Source: Prevotella sp. (lineage in GTDB: Bacteria; Bacteroidota; Bacteroidia; Bacteroidales; Bacteroidaceae). From it: a stretch of DNA of 64,000 bases. Below the pieces are notes generated by a model. The model saw nothing but the letters and a program-made list of their open reading frames with translations, was not told where the DNA came from and did no database searches. This document shows positions 42,906 to 51,693 of the stretch, piece by piece (positions within the stretch are counted from its first letter, which is position 1; the number at the start of each line of letters is the position of its first letter). The DNA lies in assembly GCA_017651265.1 (NCBI GenBank), contig JAGCDO010000001.1:4442-68441 (forward strand), in the 5' to 3' direction. The translations under genes and the position numbers were made by a program.

Positions 42906-43025
42906 TTTTGGAGCAGCGAAAACAAAGAAATGCTTGCATTCCATTTGTTGAGTCGTGACAAAATAAGGCCAAAGGCCAAATTTAATTGTGTATTTATTTC
43001 TCACAGAAAAATGTTTTATTTTTTA

Positions 43026-43171
43026 GTCCCGCAGAAATGGCAGAAATCGCAGAAATTTGCCATGCGGGATGAAGCTTTTTCAGATTTATATATGATACTT
43101 GAATATAGCTAACCACTATGTAGTTACAACTTGAAACAAAATTTCTGCGATTTCTGCTATTTCTGCGGGAG
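43026..43171. mobile_element. MITE of the CCCGCAGAAAT family (146 bp)
   Basis: TCCCGCAGAAATGGCAGAAATCGCAGAAA (43027-43055) matches the reverse complement of TTTCTGCGATTTCTGCTATTTCTGCGGGA (43142-43170) at 28/29. Confidence 0.7.
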
Positions 43172-43195
43172 ATAAAAAAACGATGAGAAATTGTT

Positions 43196-43771
43196 TCACA
43201 GGGGGTGGTGGAAGGTAAGATGAAGGGATGAAGGGGTGACGGAGACTTGGAGGTTTTCTTTGTTGTTAGGCCACAACTTACTGCCCAGCCAGTATGACAG
43301 TTCCGTGGAGAGAATGCCGATGGCAGCACCAGCTGCCACATCATCCCAGTGATGGCGGTTACGACGGACCCTGTCGCACGAGACCGCTGTAGCCACAGCA
43401 TATCCTCCTATACCGATCCACGGACTAACATCCTTGTACTCCTTATAAAGGACATGGGCTCCTGAGAATGCAATGGCAGCATGACCGGAAGGAAAAGCAT
43501 GACGGTCGGTACCATCAGGACGAGTATCATGAATGGTGTTCTTCAGGGTATAGGTGGTGGCAGCTGTAATCAGCGTGGAAACACCAGCATTCAAGAGAAG
43601 ATGCTGCCAGTCGTCCCTGCTCTGCACACCGAATGCCTTTAGTGCGACTGTCGCTCCCAGCGGAACCAGTCGCAGGTAGTCGTCTGGTCCATCGCCCTTG
43701 TACTCCTTCTGGGCGAATGCGGAGCTTGAGACAACTATACAAACAATAATCGATAATAATACTCTTTTCAC
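43196..43771 (-). CDS. PAP2-family phosphatase (secreted or membrane-associated)
   Basis: 191 aa with a signal peptide. Motifs KNTIHDTRPDG, PSGHAA and SCDRVRRNRHHWDDV (KxxxxxxRP / PSGH / SRxxxxxHxxxD). GTG start. Confidence 0.8.
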   Translation of the reverse strand: MKRVLLSIIVCIVVSSSAFAQKEYKGDGPDDYLRLVPLGATVALKAFGVQSRDDWQHLLLNAGVSTLITAATTYTLKNTIHDTRPDGTDRHAFPSGHAAIAFSGAHVLYKEYKDVSPWIGIGGYAVATAVSCDRVRRNRHHWDDVAAGAAIGILSTELSYWLGSKLWPNNKENLQVSVTPSSLHLTFHHPL

Positions 43772-43785
43772 TTTTGATTGAGTTT

Positions 43786-43920
43786 ACCCCACCCCACCTT
43801 CGGCACCCCTCCCCTTAAGGGGCGGGGAGTGGCAGACTTCCCGACGTTCCATTCCCTTTGCAGGGACGGGGAGTTACAGACTTCCCGACGTACCCTTCCC
43901 TTTGGAGGGGCGGGGAGTCG
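43786..43920. repeat. Cluster of three GC-rich palindromic (REP-like) units
   Basis: CCCCTCCCCttaaGGGGCGGGGAGTggcAGACTTCCCGACGT / tccattCCCTTTgcaGGGACGGGGAGTtacAGACTTCCCGACGT / aCCCTTCCCTTTggaGGGGCGGGGAGT. It fills the ClC-PAP2 spacer. Confidence 0.8.
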
Positions 43921-43922
43921 AA

Positions 43923-45731
43923 TTATTCGGCAGACAAGTCTGCAACCATCTGACGGTATGTGGCGTACATGTGGGTGCGGGAGATGTAGCCAATGAAATG
44001 GTTATCGGTGTTCAGCACGGGCAACATCTGTGCATGGGTGCGGTCGAACTGCGCCATCACCTCCTCCATCGAGTCGTTCACACCGAGGATGGCAGATGGC
44101 TGAGACATCAGCTGAGCCACCGTGAAATGCTGATAGAGTTCGGAACGGAACACCACATGACGGATCTTGGTGATATCCACCTCACCGAGGAAGTTTCCCG
44201 CATCATCGAGCACCGGTAGCTGGTTCGACTTACTCCTACTCAGGGCATGCACCAAGGCCCCCAGCTTCATATCGGTATTCACCGCAGTATAGGTATGGTC
44301 GATGATGCTCTTCAACGACATCAGCGTGAGCACAGCCTTATCGGTATGGTGCGTGATGAGTTTTCCTTCGCGTGCCAATCGCATACCGTAGATGCTATGG
44401 GGTTCGAAGATGATGATGGTGAGATAGGCAAAGATGCTTACCACCATCAAGGGGATGAACAGCTGATAGCCGCCGGTTAGTTCGGCAATGAGGAAGATAC
44501 CCGTGAGCGGTGCATGCATCACACCAGCCATCACCGCTGCCATACCCAGCATGGCGAAGTTCCCCTCAGGGATATACACCCCGATCTGCTCGATGTTCCA
44601 CACACGGGCAAAGAGGAAACCGGCGAAGGCTCCGATGAACAACGACGGAGCGAAGGTACCACCACAACCGCCACCACCATTGGTGGCAGAGGTAGCAAAC
44701 ACCTTGGTGAGCAGCACCAGAGCGATGTACAGCACGAGCAGCTGACCATTACCATAGAACAGGGAGTTGTTCAGTACCATGTTCCAATCGGCCTCGGTCT
44801 TACCGTTCAGCAGGATATTGATGCTACCGTAGCCCTCACCATAGAGCGACGGGAAGAGGAAGATGAGCGTACTGAGAACCACACCGCCCAATACCAGCTT
44901 GGCATAGTGGTTTTCGCCCAACTTGGCAAAGATATTCTCGCAGGCCGTCATGGTACGGATGAAGTATAAACTCACCAGTCCGCCGAACACGCCCAGCAGG
45001 ATATACGCCGGTACCCGATCCAGCTGCCACGAGGTTACATTGGTGAAGACGAACAGGGAGTCGCTACCATTGAACACATAGCTGAACAGCACAGCCGTGA
45101 CACTTGCCACCAGGATCGGTAACAGCGAGGCCATGGTCAGATCGATCATCAGTACCTCGAGCGTGAAAACCAGTCCTGCGATCGGCGCCTTGAAGATACC
45201 AGCGATGGCTGCTGCCGCACCACATCCCACGAGGAGCATCAGCGTACGGTTGTCCATCTTGAACACCTGTCCGAGGTTACTGCCGATGGCAGAGCCCGTC
45301 AGCACGATAGGTGCCTCTGCTCCCACTGAACCACCGAAGCCGATGGTGATGGCAGACGCGATGACCGAGCTCCAGCAGTGATGACCACGGAGTCGGCTTT
45401 GCTTACGGGAAATGGCATAGAGAATACGGGTAATACCATGTGAGATATTATCCTTAACGACATGTCGTACAAACAAGGAAGTCAGATAGATACCGATTAC
45501 CGGATACAACAGATACAGCCAGTTGATGGACGAGATATCAAAGTCGGCCATGAGCAGTTTCCCGATCTCATCAATGATCCAGTGGAGCACATAGGCAGCC
45601 ACTGCCGCGAAGAAGCCCACGAAGAAACTAAGCAGAAGGGTGAACTGCTTATCGGTAATATGCTTCTCACGCCATTGCAGGAAACGCTGCAAGGGCGTGT
45701 GATGACTGATATCGGTATGTTGATCTGTCAT
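43923..45731 (-). CDS. ClC-family chloride channel/antiporter with C-terminal CBS pair
   Basis: 602 aa. GGSVGAEAPIV, GGGCGGTFAPSLFIGA and LTGGYQL selectivity-filter regions. The C-terminal ~140 aa are CBS-like. Confidence 0.85.
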   Translation of the reverse strand: MTDQHTDISHHTPLQRFLQWREKHITDKQFTLLLSFFVGFFAAVAAYVLHWIIDEIGKLLMADFDISSINWLYLLYPVIGIYLTSLFVRHVVKDNISHGITRILYAISRKQSRLRGHHCWSSVIASAITIGFGGSVGAEAPIVLTGSAIGSNLGQVFKMDNRTLMLLVGCGAAAAIAGIFKAPIAGLVFTLEVLMIDLTMASLLPILVASVTAVLFSYVFNGSDSLFVFTNVTSWQLDRVPAYILLGVFGGLVSLYFIRTMTACENIFAKLGENHYAKLVLGGVVLSTLIFLFPSLYGEGYGSINILLNGKTEADWNMVLNNSLFYGNGQLLVLYIALVLLTKVFATSATNGGGGCGGTFAPSLFIGAFAGFLFARVWNIEQIGVYIPEGNFAMLGMAAVMAGVMHAPLTGIFLIAELTGGYQLFIPLMVVSIFAYLTIIIFEPHSIYGMRLAREGKLITHHTDKAVLTLMSLKSIIDHTYTAVNTDMKLGALVHALSRSKSNQLPVLDDAGNFLGEVDITKIRHVVFRSELYQHFTVAQLMSQPSAILGVNDSMEEVMAQFDRTHAQMLPVLNTDNHFIGYISRTHMYATYRQMVADLSAE

Positions 45732-46372
45732 TTCCTGATAATCGTAACCACTCCCTCACGGGTGAGTTTGATGATGCTCGACGGCGTGTGGGGATTATGC
45801 TCCTGTCGGCGTGACATACAGACATAATCCACCGCATCGAGGAGCTGCTGACTGATGTCGCAGTAGTTTTGGGCGGGTGGTTCGCCACTGATGTTCGCAC
45901 TGGTGCTGACCAGTGGTTTCTGGAAGCGGTAGCAGAGCTGCTGCGAGAACGGTTCGCGGGTGATGCGCATGGCTATACTGCCATCTTCAGCGATCAGGTT
46001 CGGTGCCAGGTTCACGGCTCCGTCGAGGATCACCGTGGTGGGCTTGGTAGCCAGTTCCATGATATCCCATGCCACCTCGGGGACATTACGCACATAGCGC
46101 TGCAGACGGACATCACTGTCAACCAGACAGATCATCGCCTTTGAATCATCACGCTGCTTGATCTCATACACCCGTGATACGGCAGCGGCATTGGTCGCGT
46201 CACAACCAATGCCCCAAACGGTATCGGTGGGGTAAAGAATCACCCCACCCTCTCGCAGCACCTTTACCGCTGCCTCTATATCCTTAGAATAGTCCAATTG
46301 TTTTTTACTTTGAACTTGGAACTTTGAACTTTGAACTTTAACTTCGTTAACTGTCAACTTTATAGCTCCCAA
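45728..46372 (-). CDS. tsaC: L-threonylcarbamoyladenylate synthase (TsaC/YrdC/Sua5 family)
   Basis: GGVILYPTDTVWGIGCDATN and STSANISGEP. Only a TTG start is available. The N-terminal ~25 aa (..VKVQSSKFQVQSKK..) are encoded by a heptamer array, so the start is uncertain. Confidence 0.8.
   Translation of the reverse strand: MGAIKLTVNEVKVQSSKFQVQSKKQLDYSKDIEAAVKVLREGGVILYPTDTVWGIGCDATNAAAVSRVYEIKQRDDSKAMICLVDSDVRLQRYVRNVPEVAWDIMELATKPTTVILDGAVNLAPNLIAEDGSIAMRITREPFSQQLCYRFQKPLVSTSANISGEPPAQNYCDISQQLLDAVDYVCMSRRQEHNPHTPSSIIKLTREGVVTIIRK
46307..46346 (-). repeat. Heptamer array (sense CAAAGTT family) inside the 5' end of tsaC
   Basis: Plus strand reads actttga acttgga actttga actttga actttaa cttcg. 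Confidence 0.8.
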
Positions 46373-47340
46373 CCAATAGCAGAAGCACCGAGTACGGCGG
46401 CAGATGCACCATCGAGACCGCTGACCAGGAACTTAGCCTTTCCCTTGAACACCTTCAGTACATGCTCGTCGTAGCTGCGCTTGATGGGATCCATGATCAG
46501 ATTACCAGCCTTGGTCATACCTCCGAAGAAGATGAACGCCTCAGGAGAAGAGAAGGCAGCAAAGTCGGCACAGGCCTCACCCAACATATGACCCGTAAAC
46601 TCGTAGATCTCCTTAGCCAGTCGGTCGCCCTTACCAGCTGCGATAGACACATCCAAAGATGTGATCTTCTCGGGATCCATCTCACGGAGCAAAGAGGGCT
46701 CCTGGGTAGTAGCCAACAACTCACGAGCCGTGCGTGCCACACCCGTAGCCGAGCAGTAAGCCTCCAGACAACCTGTACGTCCGCAGCCGCAGGTACGACC
46801 GCCTTCGCGTACCATCGTGACATGTCCCAGCTCACCGGCAAAGCCGTCGCTACCATACAGCAGCTGTCCGTTTACCACGATACCTGATCCCACACCTGTT
46901 CCCAGTGTGATCACGATGAAGTTCTTCATACCACGAGCCACACCATAGATCATCTCACCGATGGCAGCAGCATTGGCATCGTTGGTCAGTCCTACGGGAA
47001 TGTCATTCAACCGCTCGCTGAACAGCTTAGCCAGAGGTACCACACCATTGTGTGCCCATGCCAGGTTCGGTGCGAACTCAATCGTACCATTATAGAAGTT
47101 TCCATTAGGGGCACCGATACCCATGGCCTTGATCTTCTCGATACCGCCCACCTGGTCGATAATCACCTGAAGAGCCTCCACACAAGCATCAACATAGTCC
47201 TCTACCTTGTCGTACCCCTGTGTCTTGATGGCGGTGGTAGCCTTGATCTCACCACGTGAGTCAACAATGCCGAACACGGAGTTCGTACCTCCTAAATCCA
47301 AGCCGATTACATACGGCTTCATCTCTGTCTGATTATTCAT
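46360..47340 (-). CDS. ROK-family sugar kinase (glucokinase-like)
   Basis: 326 aa. IGLDLGGTNSVFGIV, GELGH and the zinc motif CGCGRTGCLEAYCS. Confidence 0.85.
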   Translation of the reverse strand: MNNQTEMKPYVIGLDLGGTNSVFGIVDSRGEIKATTAIKTQGYDKVEDYVDACVEALQVIIDQVGGIEKIKAMGIGAPNGNFYNGTIEFAPNLAWAHNGVVPLAKLFSERLNDIPVGLTNDANAAAIGEMIYGVARGMKNFIVITLGTGVGSGIVVNGQLLYGSDGFAGELGHVTMVREGGRTCGCGRTGCLEAYCSATGVARTARELLATTQEPSLLREMDPEKITSLDVSIAAGKGDRLAKEIYEFTGHMLGEACADFAAFSSPEAFIFFGGMTKAGNLIMDPIKRSYDEHVLKVFKGKAKFLVSGLDGASAAVLGASAIGWEL

Positions 47341-47448
47341 TTCTATGTATGTTTTGAATGTTTATGGGGCAAAGTTAGTGTTTTTTTTTGAAATGTCGTA
47401 ATGGAATAGCATAAAATATACAAAAAAAGTAGTACCTTTGCACCCGAT

Positions 47449-48126
47449 ATGCTACCATTTGACTTTCATATTGACATCGTAAACCTGATATTCAAGGGAA
47501 TACTGATTGGAATCATCGCCAGTGCGCCGATGGGACCAGTGGGTATTTTGTGTATCCAGCGCACGCTGAACAAAGGAAGGTGGTACGGCTTCGTGACAGG
47601 CATCGGTGCTGCCGTCAGCGACATTTTCTATGCCTTGATTACCGGTTTCGGTATGTCATTCGTGATGAACATGGTGAACAACTCCCGATACCAATTCCTG
47701 TTGCAGATACTTGGTAGTATCCTGCTGTTGGCCTTCGGTATCTACTGCTACCGCAGTAATCCGATGAAGAACATGCATGTGAGCGGGAAGCAGAAGGGTA
47801 CGCTGATACACAACGGCGTGACAGCCTTCTTCGTCACCTTCTCCAATCCTCTGATCATCTTCCTGTTTATCGCCTTGTATGCCCAGTTCTCGTTCGTGGT
47901 GCCCAACCATCCCGTGGAGATGTGCCTGGGTTATCTGAGTATTCCGTTTGGGGCTCTGCTGTGGTGGTATGGTCTGACGTGGCTGGTGGATAAGATCCGA
48001 GGCATCTTCGATACCAGCGGCATTCTTATAATAAATAAGGTAATCGGTTCGGTAGTGATCATCTTCTCCCTCATCGTGCTCTTCGGAACGGTGTTTAACT
48101 TGTATAAGTTGCCGAACTATTATTAA
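47449..48126 (+). CDS. LysE-family amino-acid exporter
   Basis: 225 aa with 6 TM segments. GILIGIIASAPMGPVGILCIQRTL. A -7 box TACCTTTG lies at 47433-47440. Confidence 0.75.
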   Translation: MLPFDFHIDIVNLIFKGILIGIIASAPMGPVGILCIQRTLNKGRWYGFVTGIGAAVSDIFYALITGFGMSFVMNMVNNSRYQFLLQILGSILLLAFGIYCYRSNPMKNMHVSGKQKGTLIHNGVTAFFVTFSNPLIIFLFIALYAQFSFVVPNHPVEMCLGYLSIPFGALLWWYGLTWLVDKIRGIFDTSGILIINKVIGSVVIIFSLIVLFGTVFNLYKLPNYY

Positions 48127-48130
48127 GGAA

Positions 48131-48169
48131 AGCCCCTCCCCGACCCTCCCCGAAGGGAAGGGGGAATCG
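48131..48169. repeat. GC-rich palindromic (REP-like) unit
   Basis: agCCCCTCCCCgaCCCTCCCCgaaGGGAAGGGGGaatcg, immediately after the LysE stop. Confidence 0.7.
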
Positions 48170-48196
48170 AAGGTGCGGTGGAGTGAAGAATGATTT

Positions 48197-48227
48197 GTGG
48201 AATGTGGAGTGTGGAGTGTGGAGTGAG
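48197..48227. repeat. GTGGAGT heptamer array
   Basis: gtggaat gtggagt gtggagt gtggagt gag. The same word family occurs inside the GH3 CDS at 52725-52759. Confidence 0.8.
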
Positions 48228-48443
48228 ATTACCACTGAGATTATGACATTACGCGCCAGTCACTTGGGCGTGAGCCGACAAAGAATACAAGCCGCCCCTT
48301 TGATGGGGCGAGCTTACCTTAATGAACGAGCGACGAGAAGGAGCGGTTAAGCCTTCCCATATAGGGGAAGGTTTGGTTAGGGTGGATGTTTCTTTTGCCT
48401 CTTTTCTTTGCGCCAAAGAAAAAGAGGAAGTAAAAAAGAAGTT

Positions 48444-49028
48444 ATGTTCGTATCAAGAGAATTAAGAAAGAAGAATATTGCGGAGTACCTGCTGTATATG
48501 TGGCAGGTGGAAGATCTGTTGCGGGCTTACGACTGCTCGTTGGGGAGGATCCGACGGGAGTATATCGACCGGTTTGACTATACCGATGAACAGAAGGAGG
48601 AGATGGCCGACTGGTATGGCGACCTGATCAGGATGATGAACCAAGAGGGCTGTCGGCTGACCGGTCATCTGCAGATCAACAAAATCGTGATGCAGCAACT
48701 GGAGGAGCTGAATGCCGAACTGCTCGACGGTACGGATCATCCGTTCTATACAAGCGAATACTATAAGGTGCTGCCGTATATCGTGGAACTCCGTAGACGA
48801 GGAAAGAGGAGCCTCACCCCCATACCCCCTCCCCAAGAGGAAGGGGGAAACCGAGGAGAAACGAAGGAGGAATCGGAGATCGAGACGTGCTTCAACGCCC
48901 TCTATGGCATGATGATGCTGCGACTGCAGAAGAAAGAGGTGAGTCCTGATACACAGCATGCCATTAAGGAGATTACCACCTTTATCGGGATGCTGAATGA
49001 CGAGTTTATGAAAGTTCATAGTTCATAG
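48444..49028 (+). CDS. DUF4924-like conserved hypothetical protein
   Basis: MFVSRELRKKNIAEYLLYMWQVEDLLRAYDCSL.. resembles the Bacteroidota DUF4924 family (from memory). The ATG at 48444 is preferred over the listed TTG at 48408. It carries an in-frame REP-like insert. Confidence 0.65.
   Translation: MFVSRELRKKNIAEYLLYMWQVEDLLRAYDCSLGRIRREYIDRFDYTDEQKEEMADWYGDLIRMMNQEGCRLTGHLQINKIVMQQLEELNAELLDGTDHPFYTSEYYKVLPYIVELRRRGKRSLTPIPPPQEEGGNRGETKEESEIETCFNALYGMMMLRLQKKEVSPDTQHAIKEITTFIGMLNDEFMKVHSS
48810..48856 (+). repeat. REP-like GC-rich palindrome inserted in-frame in the DUF4924-like CDS
   Basis: AGCCTCACCCCCATACCCCCTCCCCaagagGAAGGGGGAaaccgagg, encoding SLTPIPPPQEEGGNRG. Confidence 0.7.
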
Positions 49029-49056
49029 TGCATAGTGCATAGTTCAAAGTTCAAAG
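49024..49056 (+). repeat. Heptamer array (CATAGTG/CATAGTT/CAAAGTT) filling the DUF4924-rfbD spacer
   Basis: catagtg catagtg catagtt caaagtt caaag. It contains the upstream TAG stop (49026-49028) and ends at the rfbD ATG (49057). Confidence 0.85.
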
Positions 49057-49911
49057 ATGAATATACTGATTACTGGATGTAAAGGACAGCTTGGCAACGA
49101 GATGCAGTTGCTGGAGCAAGAGAATACACAGCATGTGTGGTTCAACACCGACGTGGATGAACTGGATATCACCAACCAACTGGCGGTGGAACAGTTCGTG
49201 GCACAGAATAAGATCGACGGTATAGTGAACTGTGCCGCCTATACCGCCGTGGACAAGGCGGAGAGTAACAAGGAGTTGTGTACCACGCTGAACACGGTGG
49301 CTCCTGCCTATCTGGCTGCAGCTGTTGGGAAACGTGGCGGATGGATCATTCAGATCTCTACCGACTATGTGTTCAACGGAACAAAGCATACCCCGTATGT
49401 GGAGACTGATACACCCTGTCCTGACAGCGTGTATGGCAGTACGAAGCTGGCTGGTGAACTGGGTGTGCAGAAGTTCTGTAAGGACAGTGTCATCATCCGT
49501 ACGGCATGGCTGTATTCCACCTTCGGAAACAACTTCGTGAAGACCATGATACGACTGGGCAAGGAGAAGGAGCAGCTGGGTGTGATCTTCGACCAAATCG
49601 GTACGCCGACCTACGCCCGTGACCTGGCACAAGTCATCATGACCATCATCAACAAGGGTATCATCCCTGGTGTGTATCATTTCTCGAACGAAGGAGTGAT
49701 CAGCTGGTACGACTTCACCAAGGCTATCCACCGCATCGCAGGTATTACGACCTGTAAGGTAAGGCCCTTGCATACCGAGGAATACCCCACCCCAGCTAAC
49801 CGTCCGCACTTCTCGGTGCTCGACAAGACAAAGATCAAGGAAACATACAAAATAGAAGTCCCCTACTGGGAAGAAAGCCTCAAAGATTGCGTAAGCAAAT
49901 TGAACTTTTAG
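49057..49911 (+). CDS. rfbD: dTDP-4-dehydrorhamnose reductase
   Basis: 284 aa. MNILITGCKGQLGNE, ISTDYVFNG, YGSTKLAGE. Confidence 0.9.
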   Translation: MNILITGCKGQLGNEMQLLEQENTQHVWFNTDVDELDITNQLAVEQFVAQNKIDGIVNCAAYTAVDKAESNKELCTTLNTVAPAYLAAAVGKRGGWIIQISTDYVFNGTKHTPYVETDTPCPDSVYGSTKLAGELGVQKFCKDSVIIRTAWLYSTFGNNFVKTMIRLGKEKEQLGVIFDQIGTPTYARDLAQVIMTIINKGIIPGVYHFSNEGVISWYDFTKAIHRIAGITTCKVRPLHTEEYPTPANRPHFSVLDKTKIKETYKIEVPYWEESLKDCVSKLNF

Positions 49912-50038
49912 AACAGCGAGAGCAGAACCAAGCTTGCTTGAGTTTTGCCGAGTCGTGACAAAAGTCAACGTAGTTAAAGTTGAAAATTGAGAGGTATGAT
50001 TACCTTCATGATTAAATAAGTGATAAGATAAGAATATT

Positions 50039-51658
50039 GTGAATCAAGAAATAGAAAGAAGACGCACTTTTGCGATCATTTCGCACCCTGACGCCGGTAA
50101 GACCACCCTGACGGAGAAGTTCCTGCTGTTTGGTGGACAGATCCAGGTGGCCGGTGCGGTGAAGAGTAATAAGATCAAGAAGACAGCTACCTCCGACTGG
50201 ATGGATATCGAGAAACAACGTGGTATCTCGGTATCTACCTCTGTCATGGAGTTTGACTATACACCAGAGGAGTCGGGCATTGAATATAAGGTGAACATCC
50301 TCGATACCCCGGGTCACCAGGACTTTGCCGAGGATACCTATCGCACACTGACGGCCGTGGATTCCGCTATTATCGTGGTGGACGGAGCGAAAGGTGTGGA
50401 GGCACAGACACGCAAGCTGATGAATGTGTGTCGCATGAGGAACACTCCGGTGATTATCTTCATCAACAAGATGGACCGCGAAGGACGTGATCCGTTCGAC
50501 CTCCTCGATGAACTGGAACACGAACTGGAGATCAAGGTACGACCGCTGTCGTGGCCGATCAACCAGGGAGCGAAGTTCAAGGGAGTGTATAATATCTATG
50601 AGGAGAAGCTCGACCTGTTCACACCTGACAAGCAGCGGGTGACGGAGAAGGTAGAGGTAAGCCTCACCCCCAACCCCTCTCCAACGGGCGAGGGGAGTTC
50701 TCACCCGTATGTTGATGATGTGATTGGAGAGCAAGATGCTGAGAAATTGCGTGAGGATCTGGAACTGGTGGATGGTGTGTATCCTGCCTTTGACGTGGAG
50801 ACCTACCGTTCGGCTGAGGTGGCACCGGTATTCTTCGGCTCTGCCCTGAACAACTTCGGTGTACAGGAACTGCTGAACTGCTTCGTGGAGATCGCACCGA
50901 GTCCGAAGCCCACCAAGGCAGAGGAGCGCATGGTATCGCCCGAAGAGCAGAAGTTCACAGGTTTCATCTTCAAGATTACCGCGAATATCGATCCTAACCA
51001 TCGTTCATGTATCGCCTTCTGTAAGGTGTGTAGCGGAAAGTTCGTACGTAACCAGCCCTACCTGCTTGTACGACAAGGTAAGACCGTACGCTTCTCCTCC
51101 CCTACCCAATTCATGGCACAGCGAAAGAGTACCATCGAGGAGGCATGGCCCGGCGACATCGTCGGTCTGCCCGACAATGGTATCTTCAAGATCGGTGATA
51201 CCTTGACTGAGGGTGAAGAACTGCATTTCCGCGGTCTGCCCTCCTTCTCACCCGAGATGTTCAAATATATTGAGAACGACGACCCGATGAAGGCCAAGCA
51301 GCTCAACAAAGGCATCGACCAGCTCATGGACGAGGGTGTGGCGCAGATGTTCGTCAACCAGTTCAACAACCGGAAGATTATCGGTACCGTGGGACAGCTG
51401 CAGTTCGAGGTAATCCAGTACCGCTTGGAGAACGAGTATAATGCCAAGTGTCGTTGGGAACCCGTACACCTGTACAAAGCCTGCTGGATTGAGTCGGATG
51501 ACGAAAAAGAGCTGGAGGCATTCAAGAAACGCAAGTACCAGTATATGGCCAAGGACAAGGACGGACGCGATGTATTCTTAGCCGACAGCGGTTATGTGCT
51601 GCAGATGGCTCAGCAGGACTTTGAGCATATCAAGTTCCACTTTACGAGTGAGTTTTAA
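50039..51658 (+). CDS. prfC: Peptide chain release factor 3
   Basis: 539 aa. [26 protein letters not shown] (G1), DTPGHQDF (G3), NKMDR (G4). GTG start. It contains an extra in-frame segment of about 15 aa derived from a REP-like element. Confidence 0.9.
   Translation: MNQEIERRRTFAIISHPDAGKTTLTEKFLLFGGQIQVAGAVKSNKIKKTATSDWMDIEKQRGISVSTSVMEFDYTPEESGIEYKVNILDTPGHQDFAEDTYRTLTAVDSAIIVVDGAKGVEAQTRKLMNVCRMRNTPVIIFINKMDREGRDPFDLLDELEHELEIKVRPLSWPINQGAKFKGVYNIYEEKLDLFTPDKQRVTEKVEVSLTPNPSPTGEGSSHPYVDDVIGEQDAEKLREDLELVDGVYPAFDVETYRSAEVAPVFFGSALNNFGVQELLNCFVEIAPSPKPTKAEERMVSPEEQKFTGFIFKITANIDPNHRSCIAFCKVCSGKFVRNQPYLLVRQGKTVRFSSPTQFMAQRKSTIEEAWPGDIVGLPDNGIFKIGDTLTEGEELHFRGLPSFSPEMFKYIENDDPMKAKQLNKGIDQLMDEGVAQMFVNQFNNRKIIGTVGQLQFEVIQYRLENEYNAKCRWEPVHLYKACWIESDDEKELEAFKKRKYQYMAKDKDGRDVFLADSGYVLQMAQQDFEHIKFHFTSEF
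50660..50706 (+). repeat. REP-like GC-rich palindrome inserted in-frame in prfC
   Basis: AGCCTCACCCCCAACCCCTCTCCaacgggcGAGGGGAGttctcaccc, encoding [16 protein letters not shown]. The first 20 nt nearly match the copy at 48810. Confidence 0.75.
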
Positions 51659-51660
51659 TT

Positions 51661-51693
51661 AAGAAGCAAGAAGCAAGAGGCAAGAGGCAAGAG
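51661..51693 (+). repeat. Heptamer array (AAGAAGC/AAGAGGC) filling the prfC-upxY spacer
   Basis: aagaagc aagaagc aagaggc aagaggc aagag. It starts 2 nt after the prfC stop and ends at the ATG at 51694. Confidence 0.85.

Noticed and set aside
47370-47440. Promoter candidates for the ROK kinase operon (CAAAGTTA at 47370-47377) and for the LysE gene (TACCTTTG at 47433-47440).
   Set aside because: Each has a good -7 box but no TTTG at the expected -33 distance. That is too weak to list as a feature.
48408-48443. TTG start for the DUF4924-like gene.
   Set aside because: The extension (MRQRKRGSKKEV) overlaps a hairpin (CCTCTTTTCTTTG-cgc-CAAAGAAAAAGAGG). The family-like sequence starts at the ATG at 48444.
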